Of a stretch of DNA of 64,000 nt, positions 38,412 through 47,032 are shown one piece after another. The stretch comes from an uncultured Candidatus Binatia bacterium. Lineage in GTDB: Bacteria; Desulfobacterota; Binatia; UBA9968; JAJDTQ01. Positions within the stretch are counted from its first letter, which is position 1. Each line of letters opens with the position of its first letter. Position numbers and translations under genes: made by a program. The notes beneath the pieces were generated by a model that searched no databases, was not told the origin of the DNA, and saw only the letters and a list, made by a program, of their open reading frames with translations. The DNA lies in assembly GCA_965242525.1 (NCBI GenBank), contig OZ251459.1, positions 2,048,001 to 2,112,000 of the forward strand, read 5' to 3'.

Positions 38412-39363
38412 CCGTGCCCATGCTTCACAGGTTGTCCCTGCTCCATTTCCGAAGTCTTCCGGCTGCGGAATTGGAGTTCGACAACCCGACCTTTCTGGTG
38501 GGCCAGAACGGCGCCGGAAAGAGCAAACGAGATGCAACGGTCAACGAAACTGCTTCGACCGCTCGGAAGGCACATGGAAGAGCAGCGAAAAATCCTTGGA
38601 TCCGGCCTTGGAATCACGGTCCTTGGCCCTTCCGGTAGTCGCAGGCGACACGCGGTTTGCTGCGGTATGGCGGTTTCTGTCGGAGATGCGGGTGTACCGG
38701 ATCGAACCGGGTGTCCTCCGAGAGATGCAGGACCCGGATGGCGGGGGCCGGCTGCGAATCGACGGAAGCAACGCCGCGAGCGTGCTGCGCGAGATCATGC
38801 GCGATTCGCCGGACGACTGGGAGAACATCCGCGGCCTTCTCGAAAGTATCGTCCCCGGCGTGATGGACGTGAAACCGAAGAAGCTCGGCAACAAACTGGG
38901 GCTGGAGTTCACGCAGGAATGGCTGACGTCGAGACCCCTCAAGTTCGAGGCGTACAACATGTCCGACGGAACGTTGCGAGTCTTGGGCATGCTTGCCGCA
39001 GTCTTTCAACGGCCGGCGCCCTCGGCCCTGGTCATCGAAGAGCCGGAAGCCACGATACATCCCGGAGCGCTCGGCTCGGTGCTCGACCTGCTGCGACACG
39101 CAGGGCGCTTTACCCAGACGGTGGCGACGACCCACAGCCCGGATATTCTCGACGCCTCATGGATCGAGGATCGCCATCTACGGATCGTAGGCTGGGACCG
39201 GGGAGCGACACAGGTAGCGCCCGTCTCCGAACCTGTACGCAAGGCGCTGAAAGAGCACCTGATGGGCGCAGGGGAGATGATGCGCTCCAACGCCCTGACG
39301 GCCGCCGAAGGGTCCAACCCCGACCCGGCCGCAATCTCGTTGTTCGAGGATGTTGCCGAATGA
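38408..39363 (+). pseudogene. ABC-type ATPase broken by an internal deletion/frameshift just after Walker A
   Basis: MLHRLSLLHFRS...GQNGAGKS in one frame; DGSNAAS, MSDGT, IEEPEATIHP, TTHSP in another. Confidence 0.85.
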
Positions 39364-39455
39364 TGATCCAACCCCGCGCCTTCGGCGCCCTGCTGCGCGC
39401 AATGGGGCGGGAAGTGGCCCCGTGGCCTCCTCCCGCCTGGAGGGAGGAGGTGTAG
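39360..39455 (+). pseudogene. Collapsed partner gene (31-aa in-frame mini-ORF)
   Basis: ATGA overlap; MMIQP|RAFGALLRAMGREVAPWPPPAWREEV*; stop abuts the DUF499 ATG. Confidence 0.6.
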
Positions 39456-42257
39456 ATGGACCCCTGGTACAAGGTCGTCACTCCCCGCAAGGAGGTCCGC
39501 GAAGGCCGGTCGTTCAGCCCGGACGAGTTCGCCATTGCGCTGGAACAGGTGGTGGCCGGGACCGCGCCGCCGGACTACCGGGACCCGGCGCAGTTCTTCT
39601 CGCGCACCTGCTTCACCCGGGCCTTGACGGATCATTCCGGCATGGTGCTGCGGCGCCTGGCCGGACGGACCGAGAACACCGCCCCGGTGCTGACCCTGAT
39701 TACCCAGTTCGGCGGCGGCAAGACGCATACGCTGACCTCCCTCTACCACCTGGCCCGGTCCGGGGCCGGCGCGTCCGGGCTGCCCGGGGTCCCGGGGCTG
39801 TTGCGCGACGCGGGCATGGCCGAAGCTCCGGCCGCCCGGGTCGGCGTCTTCGTGGGCAACGCCTGGGACCCCGCGGAGGGGCGGGAGACGCCTTGGATCG
39901 ACTTGGCGCGCCAGCTTGCCGGCGACGCGGGGGCGGCCGCCCTCGGCCCCTCGGCCAGGGACACGCCGCCGGGGACCGAAGCGCTGGCCAAGGTGTTTGC
40001 GGCCGCGGGGGCGCCGGTGCTGCTGCTGTTCGACGAGGTGCTGAACTTCGTCAACCGCCACCGGGGCATGGCCGAGGGCTTCCATGCCTTCGTACAGAAC
40101 CTGACGGTGGCGGTCACCGGCGCGACCCGGGCCGCGGCGGTCATCAGCCTGCCGCGCAGCCAGGTGGAGATGACCGACTGGGACCAGCAGTGGCAGGACC
40201 GGCTCACCAAGGTGGTGCGCCGGGTGGCACGGGACTTGATCGCCAACGACGAGGCCGAGATCGGCGAGGTGGTGCGCCGCCGGCTGTTCGAGGACCTGGG
40301 CCCGGAGCGCGCCCGCAGGAAGGTCGCCCGGACCTATGCGGACTGGTGCTTCGAGCGCACCGCCCGGCTGCCCGCGGAGTGGACCGCGGTGGACGCCGCG
40401 GCCGAGACCCGGGCGCGGGACTTCCTGCGCGGGCGGTTCGAGGGCTGTTACCCCTTCCATCCGGCCACGCTGTCGGTGTTCCAGCGCAAGTGGCGCGCGC
40501 TGACGCAGTTCCAGCAGACCCGCGGCACGCTGGCCATGCTGGCCCAGTGGATCTCCTGGGCGGCCCGGGAGGGCTTCCAGCAGGCCCGGCGGGAGCCGCT
40601 CATCACCCTGGGGTCGGCGCCGCTGCATGTGCCGGAGTTCCGCGCCGTCCTCCTCGGCCAACTGGGCGAGTCGCGGCTCGACACCGCCATCGACGCGGAC
40701 TTGGCAGGGCTGGCCCCGCGCGCCAGGGCGCTGGACGTGGACACCCGAGGGCCGCTCCGGGACATCCATCGCCGGGTAGGCGCGACGATCCTGTTCGAGT
40801 CGTCCGGCGGGCAGGTGGACAAGGTGGCCCACCTGCCGGAGTTGCGCTTCGCCCTCGGTGAACCGGAAGTCGATACCACCTCCATCGACAGCGCCGCGGC
40901 GGCCCTTGAAGCCGCGGGGTTCTTCATCCGCAAGGTCGGCTCCGACGGTTTCCGCATCCACCACCAGGCGACCCTGAAGAAAGTGGCCAGCGACCGGCGC
41001 GCCTCCCTGGACGAGGAAACGGAGATCAAGCCCGCCATGCGGAAGCTGATCGAGGGCGCGTTCCAGCGCGGGGCCAGCGTGCCGCTGGTCCTCTTTCCGC
41101 AGGACGGCGCCGCGGTCCAGGATTCGCCCCGGCTGACGCTGGTGGTGGTGGACCCGGACGTGGAATGGGAGGGCCGGGGCGTCGAGCGCATCCGCAGGTG
41201 GACCACCGAGCGCGGCTCCTCCCCGAGGCTGTACCCGGGCGCGCTGGTGTGGTGCGCCAAGAAGCCGGGACGGGAACTGCGGGAACGGGTCGCCACTTGG
41301 CTGGCCTGGGAGCGCGTGGCCGGAGAGATGGCCGAAGGCGTCCTTGGCGCCGAGTTCGACCGGAGGGAACGCGACGAGTTGCGGTCCAAGGTCAGGGAGG
41401 CGAAGGAAGAGGCCGTGGACGAGGTGTGGGCCGGCTACCGCTTCGCGACGTTGACCGACGCCAAGGCGGAGACCGGCCTCAAGACCCTGGACCTGGGCGC
41501 GGGCCACGCCAGCGCCAGCGACACGCTGTGCGGGCGGGTGATCGGGACCTTGAAGGCCGAGGCCCTGCTGAACGAGTCGGTGGGGGCCGGCTACATCGAC
41601 CGGAACTGGCCGCCGGCCTTCGAGGGCACGGGGGCCTGGCCCCTGGCCGGCCTGCGCCAGAGCTTCCTGAACGGCTCGTTGACGCGGCTGCTGGACCCGG
41701 ACGCGGTTCTTCGCCGGAAGGTGGTCGAGTTCGTGGCCAACGGAGACTTCGGCTTGGCTTCCGGGGAAAGCGGCAACGGCCGATACCGGAGGGTGTGGTA
41801 CCAGGAGCCGGTGGCCCCGGAAGAGGTGGCCTTCGAGTCGAACGTCTTCCTGCTGGGCAAGGCCAGAGCCGAAGCGCTTCGAGCGCCCGAGACCCCGCCC
41901 GAGCCGCAACCCGATCTTCCTCCGGACCGGGACGACCGCCCCGAATTGAAGCCGGACCCCGATCCCGACACCCGGCCCGTCTCGCCCCCCGCGCAGACCG
42001 GGGGCGAGACGACGTTGCGGCTCACCGGCGTCGTGCCCCTCGAAGCGTGGAACAAGGTCGGGATCCGAATCCTGCCGAAGCTCCGGTCCGGCAACGATCT
42101 GAGCCTGGGCATCGAGTTCTCCGTGAACGTCGAGTCACGACTCTCCGGGAACCTGGAGTCGGAATTGAAACAGGCCCTCGCCGAACTCGGCCTCGGGGAC
42201 CAGGTGGACATCAAGAGCCGGGACCGAGGTTCCGAAGATGACCGAAAGACTCATTGA
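39456..42257 (+). CDS. DUF499 AAA+ ATPase (COG1483-like)
   Basis: PWYKVVTPR, FA..L, TQFGGGKTH, FDE, VVRRRLF, YPFHP, FQQTRG.L. Confidence 0.92.
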   Translation: MDPWYKVVTPRKEVREGRSFSPDEFAIALEQVVAGTAPPDYRDPAQFFSRTCFTRALTDHSGMVLRRLAGRTENTAPVLTLITQFGGGKTHTLTSLYHLARSGAGASGLPGVPGLLRDAGMAEAPAARVGVFVGNAWDPAEGRETPWIDLARQLAGDAGAAALGPSARDTPPGTEALAKVFAAAGAPVLLLFDEVLNFVNRHRGMAEGFHAFVQNLTVAVTGATRAAAVISLPRSQVEMTDWDQQWQDRLTKVVRRVARDLIANDEAEIGEVVRRRLFEDLGPERARRKVARTYADWCFERTARLPAEWTAVDAAAETRARDFLRGRFEGCYPFHPATLSVFQRKWRALTQFQQTRGTLAMLAQWISWAAREGFQQARREPLITLGSAPLHVPEFRAVLLGQLGESRLDTAIDADLAGLAPRARALDVDTRGPLRDIHRRVGATILFESSGGQVDKVAHLPELRFALGEPEVDTTSIDSAAAALEAAGFFIRKVGSDGFRIHHQATLKKVASDRRASLDEETEIKPAMRKLIEGAFQRGASVPLVLFPQDGAAVQDSPRLTLVVVDPDVEWEGRGVERIRRWTTERGSSPRLYPGALVWCAKKPGRELRERVATWLAWERVAGEMAEGVLGAEFDRRERDELRSKVREAKEEAVDEVWAGYRFATLTDAKAETGLKTLDLGAGHASASDTLCGRVIGTLKAEALLNESVGAGYIDRNWPPAFEGTGAWPLAGLRQSFLNGSLTRLLDPDAVLRRKVVEFVANGDFGLASGESGNGRYRRVWYQEPVAPEEVAFESNVFLLGKARAEALRAPETPPEPQPDLPPDRDDRPELKPDPDPDTRPVSPPAQTGGETTLRLTGVVPLEAWNKVGIRILPKLRSGNDLSLGIEFSVNVESRLSGNLESELKQALAELGLGDQVDIKSRDRGSEDDRKTH

Positions 42258-42763
42258 GCCATGAAACCCAGGAACGCGACGAGTCCAAGCACGATAGCCA
42301 ATGTCACGTAGCTGACCTGCTTCACCTTCTGTATCTGATGAAACTGACGTTCGACAACTTCCCCGAGCGCTCTTCGGGTTTCCTGACTACTCTCCTCGAT
42401 TCGTGTACCGACCTTGCCGATCTCATCGAACTGCTCACGCATGTGGCGTTCGACAACTTCCCCGAGCGCCCTTCGAGTTTCCTGACCGCTCTCCTCGATT
42501 CGCGCGCTGACCTTGCCGATCTCATCCAGTACGCCCCTGGGGTCGTGTCGCTTGAACGCCTCTACAGCCTCTCGAAACGACCCCAGGGCGCTGTGGAGAG
42601 ACTCCACGGCTCCTTTCGTCGATCTGGCGAGACTGCGGATGTCAGCGCCGGCCTTGGTCAGTGATTTTTCGAGAGAAACCTGCTGTTCGAGATGCCCGAG
42701 CAACTCCTTGACTCGCTTCTCCGTATCCGTGATCCGCTCGCTAACCTCTGTCATCAAGTCCAT
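42251..42763 (-). CDS. Coiled-coil protein with a 33-aa tandem repeat and C-terminal TM anchor
   Basis: GGAGGAG RBS; DEIGKV..RIEES.QETRRALGEVVER twice (99-bp period); hydrophobic tail. Confidence 0.6.
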   Translation of the reverse strand: MDLMTEVSERITDTEKRVKELLGHLEQQVSLEKSLTKAGADIRSLARSTKGAVESLHSALGSFREAVEAFKRHDPRGVLDEIGKVSARIEESGQETRRALGEVVERHMREQFDEIGKVGTRIEESSQETRRALGEVVERQFHQIQKVKQVSYVTLAIVLGLVAFLGFMAQ

Positions 42764-45700
42764 GTGAAACTCCTCCAAGCGCCCGCGCCACTCCCCGCGC
42801 GCCATACCCTTGAATCACGCGGTCCACCGCGGACTCCATCCTGTGGACCATTCCATGGAGTATCTGCGCTGTCATCGCCGCCGACACACGCGGGTCGGCA
42901 AGACCCCTCGCTCTCTCCCTTCCCCTTTTCAGAACATGCTCGAACTCGGTTCCCTCCGAGTCAAGATCAAGCAGAGCAACGGTCAAGGGCAAACCAAGAC
43001 CCGGTGCACGAGTGTGCGCAAAATCGAACAGACCGTCGATGACCGCGGCAACGTCTTCCTGCGCAAGCTGGTAATCGTGAATACCCTTGCGCATCGATGC
43101 GCCGATTCCCCGGGAGCTGACCCGATCGTCATGATCGGAGCACATCGATTCGGCAACGGCCCGCGCCAAAAGCAGCCCCGGATGGTCCGGATACGACTCC
43201 AGTGCGCGGATGCAGAGACCGCGCAACTCGCCCGCGTCCATGGGTGTCTGGACCTTGTAGACAAGCTCACTCCAGGCCGGCAGATCGATCTCTTCGTCGT
43301 CGAGCAGTTGGGCGATACGCTCGGCGCCGATACCCTCCTGAAGATAGTCGAGCAACCGCACGCGGATCTCCGCGTCATTCCTTGCCTGACGGGCCAGCAA
43401 GACGGATTCCTGAATCATCCGACGACGCGAACGCTCGATGACGTCGTAAGTAAACTCGATCAGTATCCGGGCAAGACCGGAAATGAGGTCGAATGGCCTA
43501 CCCTTGTTGATCTGCTCCAGCCTGCGAGCAACTATCTTGCTCTTTGCCGGTTGCGCTGCATGGATATGGTCAAAGAGTTTCTTCTTGCAGTGACCGAGAT
43601 CGAACGCCTTGACGTGGACGTTGAACTTGCGTGAGCCGTAGTCCACCTCATAGTCGTCAATCACCCCGATCCTAAGCAGCCGATGGATCGCCCTTTCCTT
43701 GTGAACCTGTTCGCTTTCGAAAGGCAACTCCACCAGTCGGCGTGCAGAGAGCTTGCCCATCTCTGTGAGAACGCCCTCAACGTCACTGAGTTCCTGATAG
43801 GCTCCGCTGAAAGATTGAAGATGGAACCAGAGAGATAAAGTCACGTCGTCTCCGGTCTTGCGTTGGTCGTTGGCTTGGTTGAAACGCTCACGGACCGTTT
43901 CGAGGTCGAGATCTGGATCGAGCAACTCGTCCGAGCGATTCGCATCGTACTCGGAAAACACCATGACACATCGAGCAGATTGTCGGTCTCTGCCGGCGCG
44001 GCCTGCTTCCTGATAGAAGCCCTCAAGCGAGGACGGCATACCAAAATGCACCGTGTAACGGATGTTCGGCTTGTCAATGCCCATGCCGAAGGCCTTGGTG
44101 GCGACAAGGACAGGTGCGCGGTTTCGCTTGAACTGGCGTGCGTTCTCGCGCTTCACGGCGTCCCAGGTGGCCTTGTCCTTCGATCTTGGCGGCAGACCGG
44201 AATAAACGGTGACCTGCGCGCCCGTCGCGGTTCTCGCGGCCGCGCGTGCATCGTCCACGCCGTGAACCCGCCCATTGACCGTAGGCACGAACACGATCCC
44301 GGACGCCGTACTGCGGCCAGAGGGATGGAAGAACTCCGTTCGCGGGAGTCCGAACTTTGCTGGCAGCTTGTTCAGGACGCCGCGAAGCGCCGCCGTTGCG
44401 TCTTCGCTTGGCGAGGTCCTTACGATTTCAAAGTGGAGTTCGGGGCGATCAAATGATTCAGGCCGAATTAGTGCGTCGGACCGATTCCGGTCGATGTCCA
44501 GCACCGTGAGCATGTCGATAAGGACCACACGCGAAGCCGTGCCGGTGAGGGCAAGGAGCGGAGGGATATTTTTCTCCCGGTCTGCACAGAAACGACGCAG
44601 GTTGTTTGCAAGATTGAGATACGCAGGTCTGAAATCATGCCCCCAATCCGATACACAGTGCGCTTCGTCGATGACCGCAAGATTGACAAGAGAGGTCTCT
44701 GCCAATGCCCGAAGGGTGCTTCGGAACTGCGGTGACTGCAATCGTTCCGGCGAAAGCAGAACGAATTGGTACTCGCCACGTTCGACACGCAACAGGACAT
44801 GTTTCCGTTCGACAGGGGTGGCGAGACTGCGGGCGATCGGCGCTGCACGATCGATTCCGTAAGCCTGCAACCCCTCGACTTGATCCTCGATCAAGGAAAC
44901 CAGCGGATCTACCACCAGCGTAATGCCCGGCATCAGAAGGCCGGCAAGCTGGTAGATAAGGCTCTTGCCTGCGCCGGTGGGCAGAAGCACCACACAATCG
45001 TTTTGGCGCAGTATGTTGAAGATTGCCTCTCCCTGGTTTGCCCGGAACTCGAACTTGCGGAAGATGTTCTGAAGGAAGGTCTTGAGAGGCGCATGGGCCT
45101 GATCGTAACTCGACGGTGCAATGGCCTTGCGCTCGAAGTCGAAGGTGTTCTCGGTTGCGAACGCCGCTGGCACGTATGCGGGTCGGATCACGAAATCCGT
45201 TCGCTCGTCGTGATGGACTTGATGAAATGGGCTTGCCGTGGATTCGACGACGATTCGGAGATCTTCACCCTGCGCTTCGCAGTCCGCGGCTTCACGCCAA
45301 CCACCATCGACGTCGCGAATCTCCGTTACCGTAAATCCGTCATCCGCTCGGACGGTGCAGCGTACCGGAACCGAACATCCGTCATACAGGGCATCGAATC
45401 CGCCAAGCAGCCTCAGTATATCCCGCACGCCTTGAGCCGCCACGGAACCGGCGCCGACCAGATCGATCCGCCATACCTCGTCAGCCGTCAGCCAACCAAA
45501 GGCGATAGCACGCGCTATGGCAAACTGCACCTTTGCAGCCACCGCACAATCGATGACGAAAGAAGCGAATTTCCTGTCCACGGAGGACGACCCGCAAGCT
45601 GTCAACGCACCCTCGCATCGGCGACGGATTTCGTCGAGAACTTTTCCGCTGCCGGAAACGACTTCTTCGTTGCTCACGCGAAGCACGTCGATGCCGATGT

Positions 45701-46610
45701 TGTGCAAGGACTCATCGCGCAGTTTATCGACAAGTTCCGACGAACCGTGTTCGGGGCCGTCTATTTCGATGGCGAGAGCAGAACCTCCGGGGTGATCGAA
45801 CAGAAAGTCAACACGTCGTGCGCTGCCGTCATCGTGCTCACCCGACGATTCGAGTAGCTTGTCGAGGGGAGCTTGAGGCGTGAACCAATGACCTGCTGGC
45901 GGCCCGAGGACGTCGGGAACCCAACCATCGAGGAAGCGCATCTCGGCATCACTGCCCAACAGTCCGGTTTCGGAACCGCGTACAAAACTGAATGCCGGGT
46001 CAAGGACAAAGGGCTTCCGCTCGGCAAGGACTGCCAACACATTCTCCGGCGTTACGGGTCGCCGTACTCCGGGCCGCAACTCCCAGCCAACCTCATGGCC
46101 TTCGACTTCGAGGTCCTGTACCTCGTCCATGAGTCCGTGCGCCTGGAGCGCCTCGCGTTCGACTTCGAGTGTAGGCAAGGGAGTCCGCCCGCGTTGCAGG
46201 ACCTTGACGAGCAGCGCGCTCACGAAGCGAGCGTGGTCCGACGGATGACGAGAGCGGCCTCGACCTGAAAGCACAATGCACTGGCTGAGAGCTTGCTCGA
46301 GACGTTTATCCTGATGCAATTGCTCTCGTAACAAGCCGGGCATGGCCCCAACCGATACGTACTCCGAGACGAAATCGAGGCGCCGGACACCCTCTTGCCA
46401 TGAGACGGGCAACGCTGCGAGGGAATGGGCCTTGACTTCCGCAGTTGACCCCACATCTGTTATCGGAGGCTGGTCTTCGGCATCCCGTGTTCCCCTGCAA
46501 TCCGGAAACCGCGTGCAGCCCCAAAAATGGCTGCCCGCTTTGCGGCCCTGCCTCGCGGTGCGAAGCGCCATCGGAGCAGAACACTTGGGGCAAGGAGGAG
46601 ATTCTGACAC
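42741..46610 (-). CDS. RecQ-family helicase fused to a topoisomerase-type C4 Zn ribbon and a DUF559-like endonuclease
   Basis: CPKC...FWGCTRFPDC; VDF...IEIDGPEH...RD; PTGAGKS, DEAHCVSDWGHDFRP, ALTGTA, AFGMGIDKPN, QEAGRAGRD. Confidence 0.85.
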   Translation of the reverse strand: MSESPPCPKCSAPMALRTARQGRKAGSHFWGCTRFPDCRGTRDAEDQPPITDVGSTAEVKAHSLAALPVSWQEGVRRLDFVSEYVSVGAMPGLLREQLHQDKRLEQALSQCIVLSGRGRSRHPSDHARFVSALLVKVLQRGRTPLPTLEVEREALQAHGLMDEVQDLEVEGHEVGWELRPGVRRPVTPENVLAVLAERKPFVLDPAFSFVRGSETGLLGSDAEMRFLDGWVPDVLGPPAGHWFTPQAPLDKLLESSGEHDDGSARRVDFLFDHPGGSALAIEIDGPEHGSSELVDKLRDESLHNIGIDVLRVSNEEVVSGSGKVLDEIRRRCEGALTACGSSSVDRKFASFVIDCAVAAKVQFAIARAIAFGWLTADEVWRIDLVGAGSVAAQGVRDILRLLGGFDALYDGCSVPVRCTVRADDGFTVTEIRDVDGGWREAADCEAQGEDLRIVVESTASPFHQVHHDERTDFVIRPAYVPAAFATENTFDFERKAIAPSSYDQAHAPLKTFLQNIFRKFEFRANQGEAIFNILRQNDCVVLLPTGAGKSLIYQLAGLLMPGITLVVDPLVSLIEDQVEGLQAYGIDRAAPIARSLATPVERKHVLLRVERGEYQFVLLSPERLQSPQFRSTLRALAETSLVNLAVIDEAHCVSDWGHDFRPAYLNLANNLRRFCADREKNIPPLLALTGTASRVVLIDMLTVLDIDRNRSDALIRPESFDRPELHFEIVRTSPSEDATAALRGVLNKLPAKFGLPRTEFFHPSGRSTASGIVFVPTVNGRVHGVDDARAAARTATGAQVTVYSGLPPRSKDKATWDAVKRENARQFKRNRAPVLVATKAFGMGIDKPNIRYTVHFGMPSSLEGFYQEAGRAGRDRQSARCVMVFSEYDANRSDELLDPDLDLETVRERFNQANDQRKTGDDVTLSLWFHLQSFSGAYQELSDVEGVLTEMGKLSARRLVELPFESEQVHKERAIHRLLRIGVIDDYEVDYGSRKFNVHVKAFDLGHCKKKLFDHIHAAQPAKSKIVARRLEQINKGRPFDLISGLARILIEFTYDVIERSRRRMIQESVLLARQARNDAEIRVRLLDYLQEGIGAERIAQLLDDEEIDLPAWSELVYKVQTPMDAGELRGLCIRALESYPDHPGLLLARAVAESMCSDHDDRVSSRGIGASMRKGIHDYQLAQEDVAAVIDGLFDFAHTRAPGLGLPLTVALLDLDSEGTEFEHVLKRGRERARGLADPRVSAAMTAQILHGMVHRMESAVDRVIQGYGARGVARALGGVSHGLDDRG

Positions 46611-46702
46611 GGTATTGTCGCCGTTCTGAACGCCGGAAGCCGGGAATCATCCCGGAGCGAGGCAGGCATGTACGGACACGCGCCCTGATGCTATGCGACC
46701 CG

Positions 46703-46731
46703 ATTATAGAGCCACGAACGGCCAAGCGCAA
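46703..46731 (-). promoter_or_regulatory. Sigma70 promoter upstream of the RecQ-like gene
   Basis: TTGCGC-N17-TATAAT on the minus strand. Confidence 0.6.
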
Positions 46732-47032
46732 GTCACAGCCCGCCAACGAAACAAGGGAGCGACCCGGCATCCTTCCCGTCATGGTTGACCCATGCTGCGC
46801 AACGGCTGAATGGACCACGTCGACGGCCACGGCGTCCCTTCGGACGCCGAACGAGCTTCCCTGCTTTCAGGCATGGTCCGTGCCTGTCGGTTGCCCAGGA
46901 CCCGTCCTTGCAAGTATGATCAGAAGCGCGGTTCAGGAACGTTCCGCGTACCGTTTCCGACGGAAAGCTACGAGGGTGTCTCAGGGGCGTAAGCGCCGCG
47001 GACGGTCACCCTGGCCCCGCACCGAGGAACCC

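Noticed and set aside
31981-39455. Integron cassette array
   Set aside because: No attC-like sites seen between genes, many genes overlap directly, and there is no integrase in the window
46445-47032. N-terminal extension of the Mo-enzyme ORF
   Set aside because: Overlaps the RecQ-like start and promoter; an RBS and family similarity begin at 47033
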